A DNA stretch of 64,000 bases from Candidatus Latescibacterota bacterium (GTDB lineage Bacteria > Latescibacterota > CBDEFO01), in NCBI GenBank assembly GCA_965248755.1, contig OZ252149.1:3168001-3232000 (forward strand), in the 5' to 3' direction. The notes below the pieces were generated by a model. That model saw only the letters and a program-made list of their open reading frames with translations, had not been told where the DNA came from and searched no databases. Below are positions 20,255-30,271 of this stretch, in pieces. Positions within the stretch are counted from its first letter, which is position 1, and every line of letters begins with the position of its first letter. The translations under genes and the position numbers were made by a program.

Positions 20255-20365
20255 AGGAACATGCCTCCTAAAATCTGTTTTACGAAAAAAAGGCGGTGCG
20301 GCCGCTGTGCTGGGGTATCCGCGAGCGTCGCAGTGGTCGAAGAACTTTTCTTGGGGTCTCGGCGA

Positions 20366-22717
20366 TCACAACGCTGTAATCTTGGAAAGCTCCGTCTGCA
20401 TATTGCATAGACGGGCATATATGCCGTCCTGCTCGATCAACTCATCGTGTGTGCCCATCTCCGCCACCCTCCCTTTCTCTATGATGAGAAGCCGGTTGGA
20501 GTGCTTGAGCGTTGAAAGCCTGTGGGCGATAGCGAAGGTAGTGCGTCCTTCTATAAGCCTTGCCAGTGCCTCCTGGATCTGTGCCTCTGTCTCTGTATCT
20601 ACGTTCGAGGTGGCCTCATCCAGAATCAGAATGCGTGGATCCTTCAGGATGGCCCTAGCTATGGCCAGACGCTGCCGCTCGCCGCCGGAGACATTGCTGC
20701 CTCGTTCCCCCACCTGCGTGTCATAGCCATCGGGGTATTCCACGATGAAATCGTGGGCATTGGCTGCCTTAGCCGCACCTATAATCTCCCTCATAGAGGC
20801 TCCCGGTTTCCCGTAGACGATGTTCTCCGCCACAGTGCCGTTGAACAGAAAAGGCTCCTGGAGCACAACGCCGATCTGATCGCGCAGTGACTTCAGCTTC
20901 ACCTCTCGAACATCATAACCATCTACGAGTATCCTTCCATTATCCACATCGTAGAAGCGGCAGATCAAGTTGATGAGCGTGCTCTTGCCTGCCCCGCTGT
21001 GACCCGCCAGGCCGATCATCTCCCCGGGCTTCACATCGAAGCTGATTGCCTTCAGGACAGGCGTCCCTTCCTCGTAGCTGAATGTAACATCTTGAAACTC
21101 TATGTGTCCCTCTATCTCCGGCATCTGGACAGAATCCTCGTCGTCCGCCATATCCGGCTCACTGTCCAGAACCTCAAAGACCCGCTCTGCAGCAGTTGCA
21201 GCGCTTTGAAGACGGTGGTTCAACCTGCAGAGCGACTCCACAGGCCCGTAGAACTGCCACATATAGCTTGAGAAGGCCACAAAATCGCCCAGGGTGATCG
21301 TGCCACCTATAACCTTGTGTCCACCTGCCCACCATATGATAATTGTGCCCAATGAGGTGATGAAGCCCATGATCGGCATAAAGCTGGTTCTAAGTTTGGC
21401 AGCCCTCATCGAGCCATCGAGCAGTTCCTGGCTTTTCCCCATAAACTTACCCACCTCACGCTCCTCCTGGGCGAAGGCCTTCACCACCCTTATCCCCGGT
21501 ATCGTATCCGCCAGGATGGCGCTTATGCTGGCAAATCGCTTCCAGAGAATGCGAAACACCTTGTGCAGTCTCCTGCCGAAAAAGATGGTGACAATGACCA
21601 AGAACGGGGTCGGCAGCAGGACAAAGGTTGCAAGTTGCCAGTTGAGTGAGAACAGAATCGCGCAGATGATGACTAAGGTCAGCACGCTGCGGATCATCTC
21701 CTGAAGGCCTTCGCTGATGAAGTCCTGAAGACGCCCCACGTCGTTCGTGATCCTGGACATGATCCTTCCCGTCTCCCTCTGGCTGAAGAAGCTCAAAGAG
21801 AGGGTGTGAAGATGTCTGTAGACCTGGTTGCGCAGATCAAAGGTGACCCTCTGGCCTAACCACTCCATCATGTAGCTCCGTAATGCCCGGAGTGTGTTTG
21901 TGGATACTGTGATCGCGAATAGGAGGGTCACCAACACTGCCAGTAGGGTCGTACTCCCCCTGGGAGCGAACTGCTCTATGCGGCCTATGATGCCTCCTTC
22001 AGGCCCCAAATCCAGCGGCTGTTCCTCTCCCGGCTTCACATTGAGCACATCGTCTATCAGTGTGCGGGTGAGCAAGGGAGGGGTCAGGCTTATGAACGTG
22101 GCTATGAGCATCAGTGTCAGACCTGCAAGGGAGACCTTCCAGTAAGGCAGCCCATAGCTTAAGAGCCTGAAGAGCAACTTACCCTTCTTAATACAGAACG
22201 GACAGACACCTCCCCAACGAGGGAGTTTGACCTTGCCGCAGTTCGGGCAGCGCTGTCTCTGCCTCTCAAACGCCCTGTACCCTCTTCCCACGTCATCATC
22301 GGAGGCTGCGATCTCTTCCGGCCTGCTCCTTCTGAGCAACTCCTCTATCTCCGGGGTCACCTGTGCGAACTTATATGCCAGCGACTTCGAGAACCTGGCC
22401 ACCTCCACCCCACGGTCCGCAGTGCGGACTTTCAGTATGTTGTTGCTGAAGAGGTCTCGCATCTCCACTGAAGCGATATCCGTCAACCTTATGTGGACTA
22501 ACGAGAGAGGATCGGCGCCGTTAGGACTGAAAGCAAGCAGACGCTTGTCCGTCACCAGAAGCCAGCCGGTGCCGTATTCGCCGTCCAGCCCCATGTCTGT
22601 GGAGACGGATAGATGGATCTCCTCGTCGGAGCCTACGATCCCATCCATCGCGGCCCTTACCTCATCTGGTATCGGTTCCTTTAGTTCTTTTTTGTCCTTT
22701 GACGTATTTGAGTCCAC
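20366..22717 (-). CDS. ABC exporter (fused TMD-NBD) with an N-terminal PH-like and CxxC...CxxC extension
   Basis: GHSGAGKST Walker A, VSGGERQR signature, ILILDEATS, IAHRLST; GTG start after GGAG. Confidence 0.92.
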   Translation of the reverse strand: MDSNTSKDKKELKEPIPDEVRAAMDGIVGSDEEIHLSVSTDMGLDGEYGTGWLLVTDKRLLAFSPNGADPLSLVHIRLTDIASVEMRDLFSNNILKVRTADRGVEVARFSKSLAYKFAQVTPEIEELLRRSRPEEIAASDDDVGRGYRAFERQRQRCPNCGKVKLPRWGGVCPFCIKKGKLLFRLLSYGLPYWKVSLAGLTLMLIATFISLTPPLLTRTLIDDVLNVKPGEEQPLDLGPEGGIIGRIEQFAPRGSTTLLAVLVTLLFAITVSTNTLRALRSYMMEWLGQRVTFDLRNQVYRHLHTLSLSFFSQRETGRIMSRITNDVGRLQDFISEGLQEMIRSVLTLVIICAILFSLNWQLATFVLLPTPFLVIVTIFFGRRLHKVFRILWKRFASISAILADTIPGIRVVKAFAQEEREVGKFMGKSQELLDGSMRAAKLRTSFMPIMGFITSLGTIIIWWAGGHKVIGGTITLGDFVAFSSYMWQFYGPVESLCRLNHRLQSAATAAERVFEVLDSEPDMADDEDSVQMPEIEGHIEFQDVTFSYEEGTPVLKAISFDVKPGEMIGLAGHSGAGKSTLINLICRFYDVDNGRILVDGYDVREVKLKSLRDQIGVVLQEPFLFNGTVAENIVYGKPGASMREIIGAAKAANAHDFIVEYPDGYDTQVGERGSNVSGGERQRLAIARAILKDPRILILDEATSNVDTETEAQIQEALARLIEGRTTFAIAHRLSTLKHSNRLLIIEKGRVAEMGTHDELIEQDGIYARLCNMQTELSKITAL

Positions 22718-22918
22718 TGTTGTCTCCCAACAGGTTAAAGAGAGAGCGGTCATTTACCTTACGTACTGGAGCTTTGCCGCCAACCTCTATCTGAATATGG
22801 TGTCTGCTGTCAAATGGCATCAGGGCACTTTGCCTATCCTCTCAAAGATTGCCAATACACATAGAAGAACACCGTTCATCAACAAGTCAGAGCGATTAGA
22901 ACACCCTATGGTAAACAC

Positions 22919-24454
22919 TTAAAGCTCTTCAATTTTAATGTCGTTCTTCTCTAAAGTCGTGCCCCTTACCTTCTCCAGGTTTATGAGAGATTTATTGTAA
23001 TCTATAATAGCCTTCAGATGATTCGTCCTTGCGGTCGCACGGATCCGTTGAGTCTCCAGAACGTCGCGCGTTGTGGATAGCCCCAATCTCAGCCTCTCCT
23101 CCTCTTCGGCTAAGTTCCTCTCCTCCAGAGTGCTGGCCAACTGGGTGGCTCTGATCCTCCTGATGTCGGTGTCTATCTGTCTGACTGCGTCCCTTATCTG
23201 GACGATTATATCCTGTTCCATCTTCTTAATATTTAGTTCGGCTCTCTGCTTTTCCAATCTGCTTGCGGCATACTGGCTCGAAGCAGAGCGGTTCCCTATC
23301 GGAACATCAATGGACAGGCCTACGTCCCACGTATTAGCGTCCAACTCCGATAGGAGATCCAGATTGTCCGAATAGTTTACTCCCAGACCGTTGAACTGCA
23401 GGCTTGCCGTCAGATCCAAAGAAGGGAGGGTCTGATTGTATGCCCTTGAGACATTTATCTTTCTATTTTCAATTTCTATCTTGGCCTGAGCGTAATCAGC
23501 CCTCTTTTCAAATGCCTCCTGAATGCTCTTCTCAAGGTCTATCTCTACAGACTCAAAGACCGGTTCATCTGTAGGTCGCAGGGCAGCGTCCCATACCTGA
23601 GGTCTATCTATGATGTTCGTAATAGCCTTGAGCCTGTCCTCAGCGTCCCTGACCGCGTCCTCTGCCACTATTATGTCTCCCTCCCTTGAAGCCACAGAGG
23701 CCAGAGCCTGGAGCGTGTCGGACGGAGGCACAGAGCCTACCCTCACTCGAACTCTCATCTCGTCCAAGAGCCTTAAGGCCTCATCGAGAGATAACTTTTG
23801 AACTTCCATGTTTTCTATGGCAAAGACCAGATTCCAGTAAGCTGACTGGACATCGGATACGACCTCTATGACCCTCTGGTTCAGGGCATTCTGGGAGATA
23901 GCCTTGTTATTCTGGGAAATCGTAATGCTGGACTTGTTGAAGCCAATTCCCCAACCCTTTAAGAGCGGCTGAGAGATGAAGAACCTGGCCTGGGAGTCGT
24001 AGAAGACTGGAATTTGTTCACCTGAGATCGAATCTCTGCTAAAGCGTGAATTTGTCTCCTGACGGCGATTGAAAAAGTCGAGTCGGTAGTTTGCTCCTGT
24101 AGCAAGCCTTTGATTAAATCCGATGGAGAAATTAAGGTTGTTAATTTCAGATCCGGCTACCTGATTGAATGTGGGACGCTTCGATCTTTCTCCTGAAAAA
24201 GCCAGAGTCATCGCCAGATCAAAGGCTCCCTTTGCACCTATGATGTTATGGTGCCCTATTTGGGGTCCTATCTTTTCTGAGGCTATTTCGAAATTGTTCT
24301 CCAGAGTCAGCTTTATCGCGTCCTCTATCGAAAGTGTAAAGGTCCTGCGAGCATCTCTTGATATTGTCTGGGTCTGATTACGCAGTTGGGCATTTGCCCA
24401 GGATGTCCACAAAACTGTGATCAGAATATAGCTCATACACTTAGTTCTGTTCAT
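22919..24454 (-). CDS. TolC-family outer membrane efflux protein
   Basis: LSIEDAIKLTLENN, AYWNLV, LPSLDLTAS, two OEP halves. Confidence 0.9.
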   Translation of the reverse strand: MNRTKCMSYILITVLWTSWANAQLRNQTQTISRDARRTFTLSIEDAIKLTLENNFEIASEKIGPQIGHHNIIGAKGAFDLAMTLAFSGERSKRPTFNQVAGSEINNLNFSIGFNQRLATGANYRLDFFNRRQETNSRFSRDSISGEQIPVFYDSQARFFISQPLLKGWGIGFNKSSITISQNNKAISQNALNQRVIEVVSDVQSAYWNLVFAIENMEVQKLSLDEALRLLDEMRVRVRVGSVPPSDTLQALASVASREGDIIVAEDAVRDAEDRLKAITNIIDRPQVWDAALRPTDEPVFESVEIDLEKSIQEAFEKRADYAQAKIEIENRKINVSRAYNQTLPSLDLTASLQFNGLGVNYSDNLDLLSELDANTWDVGLSIDVPIGNRSASSQYAASRLEKQRAELNIKKMEQDIIVQIRDAVRQIDTDIRRIRATQLASTLEERNLAEEEERLRLGLSTTRDVLETQRIRATARTNHLKAIIDYNKSLINLEKVRGTTLEKNDIKIEEL

Positions 24455-24473
24455 TGAAACCTCGCTTTTATAT

Positions 24474-25091
24474 CTACAGTCCCTCTTTTCTGTTGCCAAT
24501 GCCGTTTATGAACTGATCTATTATCAACGACGCCTGATCCTGCATCGGCTCTTTACGTTTTTCTCTCATCCAACGGAACATAACGGAGTTTATCATCCCC
24601 TGAAACATATAGGCAGAGGCGTCGGGATCAACATCTCTGAACTGCCGAGATTTTATGCCGTCCTCAATTATCTGTGCCGTTGACCTTATGACCCCCTGAC
24701 GGCTCTCCTTTATCCTGCTCTTTATGTTTTCTTTCTCGTCTGAGTAGAGCTTGTGCGACTCGGAAAAGAGTATTTTGAACAGGTCTCTGTTCTTATCTTT
24801 GTAATTCAAATGCGCCTTGACTATGTCAGTCAGCCTCGATGTGGCATCCTTGTCTTCCACTCTCAATTCATCTATGAGTCTGCCGAAATACTCCACTGAC
24901 GACTTTATGATCTCCAGGAATATCTGCTCTTTCCCCTTGAAGTAGAAATATAGCGTTGCCTTTCCAAACTCTGCCTTCTCGGCAATCTCGTCCATAGTGG
25001 CGTTCTGGAAGCCCTTTTCGGCGAAGACCTTCTTGGCAGCCTTTAGTATCTGATCCTTCCGCCGCCGTCTTTCTCTGTCCTTCCTGCTCAT
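24474..25091 (-). CDS. TetR/AcrR-family regulator
   Basis: ILKAAKKVFAEKGFQNATMDEIAEKAEFGKATLYFYFKGKE HTH. Confidence 0.93.
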   Translation of the reverse strand: MSRKDRERRRRKDQILKAAKKVFAEKGFQNATMDEIAEKAEFGKATLYFYFKGKEQIFLEIIKSSVEYFGRLIDELRVEDKDATSRLTDIVKAHLNYKDKNRDLFKILFSESHKLYSDEKENIKSRIKESRQGVIRSTAQIIEDGIKSRQFRDVDPDASAYMFQGMINSVMFRWMREKRKEPMQDQASLIIDQFINGIGNRKEGL

Positions 25092-25159
25092 ATTTTCCCG
25101 ATTCTCGTTCAATTTTGATCACCAAGAAAGATAAAGAGTTAGTATAAATCCTTAATTTA

Positions 25160-25230
25160 CTTAATAGACCCATCAGTCGAATATACGAATAATTAGTCTA
25201 TAAGATACAATAATTATGGACAATGTCAAG
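25160..25230 (-). promoter_or_regulatory. tetR promoter with a probable palindromic operator
   Basis: Minus-strand TTGACA-16bp-TATCTT; inverted ATAGAC...GTCTAT immediately downstream of the -10. Confidence 0.45.
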
Positions 25231-25340
25231 CTTTTTTGTCCTATCCGAGCATGTTTTCGCTTGACAACAAAACAGATATTTACTTAATATTACGCGGTAC
25301 AGCAGTTATTCCAAAACTTCTTGCAAGGAGGTCTAAACCT

Positions 25341-25754
25341 ATGGGTGAAGGTCAACAATCCGCTAGCAAGTTCATCAGTTGTGAGCCATTCTTTCTGGTA
25401 GCTGACGTTAAGAAGGCGGCAGAGTACTACCGCGATGTGCTCGGCTTCGAATACGATCAGCTCTGGGGTGATCCACCGTTTTTCTGCAGGCCCGAACGCG
25501 ACGGGTACACCTTCATGCTGAGGCAGGTCGAAGACAAGTCCATCGTAAGACCCAACGCCGTAGCCTGTGATACTTGGGACGCTTATATAAAGGTCACAGA
25601 CGCCGAAGCTCTATTTGAAGAATTTAAGGGCAGAGGGGCGATTATAGACTACAAGCCTGAGATGATGGAGGAGATGGATGTTAGGCATTTCGGGATCAAG
25701 GACGTGGACGGTTATCTGCTCGGCTTCGGCCAGGAAGGGACGAAAGGAGAATGA
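25341..25754 (+). CDS. VOC/glyoxalase/bleomycin-resistance family protein
   Basis: VADVKKAAEYYRDVLGFE...RHFGIKDVDGYLLGFGQ; AAGGAGG RBS; TTGACA upstream. Confidence 0.88.
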   Translation: MGEGQQSASKFISCEPFFLVADVKKAAEYYRDVLGFEYDQLWGDPPFFCRPERDGYTFMLRQVEDKSIVRPNAVACDTWDAYIKVTDAEALFEEFKGRGAIIDYKPEMMEEMDVRHFGIKDVDGYLLGFGQEGTKGE

Positions 25755-25779
25755 TCTTATAGATTCAGCACCGCTCTGG

Positions 25780-26015
25780 AGGATGTATATCTCCTGCTTC
25801 GTCAGGCTCTTAAACGAACGCCGCGCTATCTCCGCAAAGAGGATCACCGTCACCCACTCTGCTGCGGAGCCTATGCTCTCCCCTGCGATCAGGCCCATGT
25901 AGATAGCCCCCGGCATCATCACAAAGCCTATGAAAAACGCCCCTATGACCGTCCTTATGGTCACGCCGTCCTGAAATTCAGAAGTTGTATTGTCAGTTAT
26001 CTCTGTAGCCATCAA
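25780..26015 (-). pseudogene. N-terminal fragment of a polytopic membrane transporter (OPT-like)
   Basis: FQDGVTIRTVIGAFFIGFVMMPGAIYMGL...AAEWVTVILFAEIARRSF..L..QEIYIL, then similarity stops. Confidence 0.55.
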
Positions 26016-26052
26016 AGTAACCTAACTGAGTGGTCGGAATGCTTTATCCAAG

Positions 26053-26080
26053 AAAAAAGAGCAGGTTGTATGCCTGCTCT
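26053..26080 (-). terminator. Probable intrinsic terminator
   Basis: AGAGCAGG/CCTGCTCT stem with a T-tract on the minus strand. Confidence 0.5.
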
Positions 26081-26240
26081 GTCGTCAAAATGGCGTGTAG
26101 ATGGAGCATGCTGATTTTTATTATTCCGGGTTTCCTACAGTAGGCAAAAGTGAGGAAGTATTATGTTGCGAACGCATAGGACTTTAGTGAACCGAAGTGA
26201 GCCGCAAACCGTTCTGTTATCTGATGCTTCAATGAGGCAT

Positions 26241-26712
26241 TTAAAGAAATGCAGCAATTAGGCTAATTACTATGCCAATCCAAAAAATAATGCTACTCCA
26301 CGAGAATATATTACGGGTCAAATACCTTTTTTCAATTTCCGATTTCAATTTATAGAATTTTCCAGTTGCAGGCTGGGCATTGGAGAATGATATTTCAAGC
26401 TCAATATAATCACGCCATGTCATTATCGGAGTATCTACCGCTGCAGTTCCCCAAGACAATGTTTTGATATGAATTATCATAAGGTATTGCATTTCCTGAA
26501 ACATGTTCTTTAAGTATTTATGAAATCTCTGAAAAACCAATGTCTCCTTCTCTTAAGATAAACTTCTTCTGGTGCATCTTACCGAAAGTAGAAATTGCAT
26601 CTAAGTATTTTGGGGCAAGTATTCGGTAAACAAATGGGTAATGCTGGGCATTTGATATGATCCATCCAATAATTGTGATAACTATACCGCTGATAGCAAC
26701 ATAATACTTCAT
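26241..26712 (-). pseudogene. Low-GC membrane hypothetical protein, frameshifted near 26520
   Basis: Two overlapping ORFs rejoin with a 1-nt change; N- and C-terminal TM helices; GAGG RBS. Confidence 0.6.
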
Positions 26713-26776
26713 TATGAATTACCTCTCCGAAACATCCGATAGCTCGTTTCTATACAAAATGTTCCTTACAAGGTTC

Positions 26777-27629
26777 TCATATTACCCACAATCCGAATGA
26801 TTTACATATCTCTATAAGATCAGGTCGCTCTTGAACAAGCTCTTGAACTTTAGGTTCCAATATCTTTTCCATAATCTCCTCTATCTCAAAGTTTAGAATA
26901 TCTTCGTTGCTAAACATCGTGGACAACGTTTTACCCAGTGATACGATCATAAGGCGATACATATGCAAGAAGGAATACAAGAAAGCTTCGTGCTTATGAG
27001 AATCATCATCTATATTAGGGAATTCTTAGTACATAGTCTTGAGAACATTCGTCAATTCTGATGAACTTTTCAAGATATTCATAATTCATGTGCACAAATT
27101 CATCGTTGATGTTAGTGAGAAGCTGACGAAACTCTTTTGCATACGGTAAGGATTTTGAAATTAGTCCCTTCCTTTCGAACTCATTCCTATACTGCTCGTA
27201 CTTTTTCTTATCGTTTTTTCTGTTTCCCCAAATTTTCCTCTTGTTCATCCACAATTCAGCATTTGCAGGGTCATCCAGAAATTTCCCTATGATCAACGCA
27301 GATTCCAACGCAGGTCTAAAAACAAGCCAAGCCTCATCTGATTGATACCGCCTTAAACAATCAAAGGCACTTCTCGCCTGTTTTACTATAATTTAAAAGA
27401 AAGACCAGAGGCTAACAAGAGACCTATTTTGATCATCTCTTCTCTTGGCAACGAGGAACGCCATCTCTTGCAAACGTCTGTCACTATCGGCAAAAGCAAA
27501 AAACTCGTCCCTGTAGTTGAGAAGAAAAATACTTCTGTTCTCATCTAATCTGGAGCTAAGGTTTAAAATTTCACTCTCCACTCGCTGCGACGTCATAAAC
27601 GTGCCTTCCTCCTCTGCACACTCTCTCAA
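26777..27629 (-). pseudogene. Low-GC hypothetical protein broken by an in-frame TAA (27393) and a frameshift (~27015)
   Basis: Three consecutive ORFs; the first two share a frame with continuous protein-like sequence between them. Confidence 0.6.
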
Positions 27630-27638
27630 TGCAACAAC

Positions 27639-28217
27639 TCAGCCCGTTCCCTTACCACTTATCATATCCCTTAACCTATCAATGACATAATGACACGCCA
27701 CGAGGTGCAGGCTCTCCACTACGCCGATGTTGTCTGATCGGATGTGCAGACAGCAGTCAACCATCGGTTTGAGTTTTCCCCCGTCGAAACCCGTAAATCC
27801 TATTGTCGTCATATCGCTCTCATTTGCATATCTTATCGCCCTCAGCACGTTCTCGCTCTTTCCCGACCCGCTTATGCCGAGGGCTACGTCGCCGCGTGCT
27901 GCCATATTTATCATCTGTTGTTCGAAGATCGTCTCGTAGCCCTCATCGTTGGCAAGTGCAAGTATGTAGGGCGTATTATCGGTCAGGCTTATGGCTTTGA
28001 GCCTCTTCTTCTGCCCCAAATCGGCAATAGTCCCCTTGGCCAGGTCCTCGCAAAGATGCGAGGCCGTAGCGGCGCTTCCTCCGTTCCCGAATATGAAGAT
28101 TTTTCTGTCTTCCAGATACGAGTCGTACAATATATCTACTACATCTTCTACAGACTTCACATCCAGATCCCTGCACAGGTCCGCCACAGAGGAGAAATAG
28201 TTGTCGGCTATTTCCAT
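27639..28217 (-). CDS. gmhA: Phosphoheptose isomerase (SIS domain)
   Basis: GNGGSAATASH, ALANDEGYE.IF, ISGSGKSENV, GFTGFDGG. Confidence 0.88.
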   Translation of the reverse strand: MEIADNYFSSVADLCRDLDVKSVEDVVDILYDSYLEDRKIFIFGNGGSAATASHLCEDLAKGTIADLGQKKRLKAISLTDNTPYILALANDEGYETIFEQQMINMAARGDVALGISGSGKSENVLRAIRYANESDMTTIGFTGFDGGKLKPMVDCCLHIRSDNIGVVESLHLVACHYVIDRLRDMISGKGTG

Positions 28218-29206
28218 TCGTACCTCCTCATATTGAATATCACCTTAGAGCCATCCCTCTCCAGAAGAAACGGAAGCTCCCTAATCCCTGTGAACTCCTT
28301 CCTCAGCCTGTTCTGGTTCTCACGGGGACAATATAAGAGCAGAAATCCTCCGCCGCCTGCACCTGCCACCTTACCGCCTGTGGCTCCGGCGTTTATGGCT
28401 GCTTCGTACATCTGGTCAATATCTCCATCGCTGATCCTCGCAGCCATCTCCTTTTTTAGATTCCATCCCCTGTGAAGTATAGGACCTATGTTATCTATAT
28501 CTCCTTCAACTAAAGATTTTCTTGTCTTGTGAGTTAGTTCTGATATCTCTCTTAAGATGGTCATCCGCTGATCTATATTTGCCTTCTGCTCTTTCAATAT
28601 AGTCTCCGACTTCCTCGTTTTGTCCGTAAAGTACAAGAGTAGATTGTCGCTTATGTGTCTCTTCTGGGATTCGGAGACATCTAATTTCTCAACATCAACC
28701 GATTCGTCAGACATAAATTTGAATATCCTCAAGTTCCCGTATGCCGCTATGTACTGATCCTGTTTGCCTATGGGCTTTTTCAAAATATCTATCTCTATTT
28801 GGCACGCCTCACGCGCAAGATCCTCCGCAGTTCTCTGCTCCCCCTGGTAGGCGTAAAGGGCGTTCAAAAGCCCCACAGTCAGGCTGCTTGAAGAACCCAA
28901 TCCGGACCCCTCAGATGGGACATCTGCCAAAGTAGTGATCTCCACACCTTTATAGACCTCTGTCTTTTTCATAGCCTCCCGCACAAGGTCGTGCTGTATC
29001 TGATCTACGTTATCCACGATCTCCTTTTGAGAGTAATTTATGTATATCTTATCGTCAAATCTCTCTTTTACGATCACATACACAAATTTGTCTATCCCGG
29101 TGCTCACCACGCATCCGGGGGATCGTGGATCCTTCTTATAGTACCCCTGAAAGTCGGAACCGCCGCCCGCGAAGCTTATCCTGAGAGGGGTCTGAGTTAT
29201 GAGCAT
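28208..29206 (-). CDS. hddA: D-glycero-alpha-D-manno-heptose-7-phosphate kinase (GHMP family)
   Basis: TPLRISFAGGGSD, GSGLGSSSS, IGKQDQY, GAGGGGF. Confidence 0.88.
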   Translation of the reverse strand: MLITQTPLRISFAGGGSDFQGYYKKDPRSPGCVVSTGIDKFVYVIVKERFDDKIYINYSQKEIVDNVDQIQHDLVREAMKKTEVYKGVEITTLADVPSEGSGLGSSSSLTVGLLNALYAYQGEQRTAEDLAREACQIEIDILKKPIGKQDQYIAAYGNLRIFKFMSDESVDVEKLDVSESQKRHISDNLLLYFTDKTRKSETILKEQKANIDQRMTILREISELTHKTRKSLVEGDIDNIGPILHRGWNLKKEMAARISDGDIDQMYEAAINAGATGGKVAGAGGGGFLLLYCPRENQNRLRKEFTGIRELPFLLERDGSKVIFNMRRYEWK

Positions 29207-29212
29207 TTGCTG

Positions 29213-29941
29213 TTACCTCTCTTCCTCTGGAGTGGTCTCGGCGCCCTGCTCCATCGAACGCCACTTTGTCTGGGCCTGTTCGTAGGTTTCATGGGTCCCT
29301 ATATCTATTATGTAGCCCTTTATCCTGTAAGCGTACATCTTGCCGATTACCCTGGGAAGGACATCGTAGCTCAAATCCGAGGGATACGATTCCGGGATAT
29401 AGTCTAAAAGCCCTGATCTGGATACGAATATTGCGCCGCTGACCAGATTTCCCCTGGGGTTCTGGGGCTTTTCTGCAAACTCTACGACTCTGTTATCAGA
29501 ATCCAGAGTCACGACTCCGCCCGCCTCCGGGTGAGGAGACTCGTAGACTCCCACGGTCAATATCCCGTTGTGTCCTCTGTGGAATTCCAACATCTCCGAG
29601 AGATCTATATCCGTCAGGCAATCTGCGTAGATGATGAAGAAATTCTCCTCGCCGTCCACAAAGTCCCTGTTTGCGGCCACTGTACCCGCGCTCCCCAGCA
29701 GAGACGGCTCGTAGGAAAGCCTTATATTGAGCCTGTGGTCTTTCCTTTGAACAAACTCCTGCACTACGTGGGCAAGATGATAAGAATTTATTAGGACATC
29801 CGTTATACCGTGCCTTTTGACTAACTCAAGGAGGTGCTCCAGGAGAGGTTTTCCGCCTATGGGTACCATGCACTTGGGTACCTTATATGTCAAAGGTCTC
29901 AGCCTCGTCCCCTCTCCTGCTGCAAGGAGAAAAGCTTTCAC
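29213..29941 (-). CDS. Sugar-1-phosphate nucleotidyltransferase (HddC-like)
   Basis: LAAGEGTRLRPLT..PK.M, LGSAG, IDIGT; in an operon with hddA/gmhA. Confidence 0.85.
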   Translation of the reverse strand: MKAFLLAAGEGTRLRPLTYKVPKCMVPIGGKPLLEHLLELVKRHGITDVLINSYHLAHVVQEFVQRKDHRLNIRLSYEPSLLGSAGTVAANRDFVDGEENFFIIYADCLTDIDLSEMLEFHRGHNGILTVGVYESPHPEAGGVVTLDSDNRVVEFAEKPQNPRGNLVSGAIFVSRSGLLDYIPESYPSDLSYDVLPRVIGKMYAYRIKGYIIDIGTHETYEQAQTKWRSMEQGAETTPEEER

Positions 29942-30271
29942 AGTCTATCCTTTTTGGCCAGATGGTTCTTCGATCCATTTCTGGGTTTCTTGCGAACGCC
30001 CCTTCTATTCCGCCTACTTGCTCCATATCGAATGATAATAAGGAAAAAGCCCGTACGTTCTGTGTCGTGCGCCACGGACGATCCAACCGAAAGATAAAAC
30101 AAAGAGCCCTGATTGTCAACGTTTTTGATGCTTCTACAAAAGACTCTCACGGGGGATTTTTAGCTTGTGGATATTGTGACAACGTGCTATACTTAAGGTA
30201 GAAAAAAACCTGTTTGACCGAACGTCAAGGCACTTTTCCCCGTTCAAAGAACCAGCCAAAGGAGCACTCAA

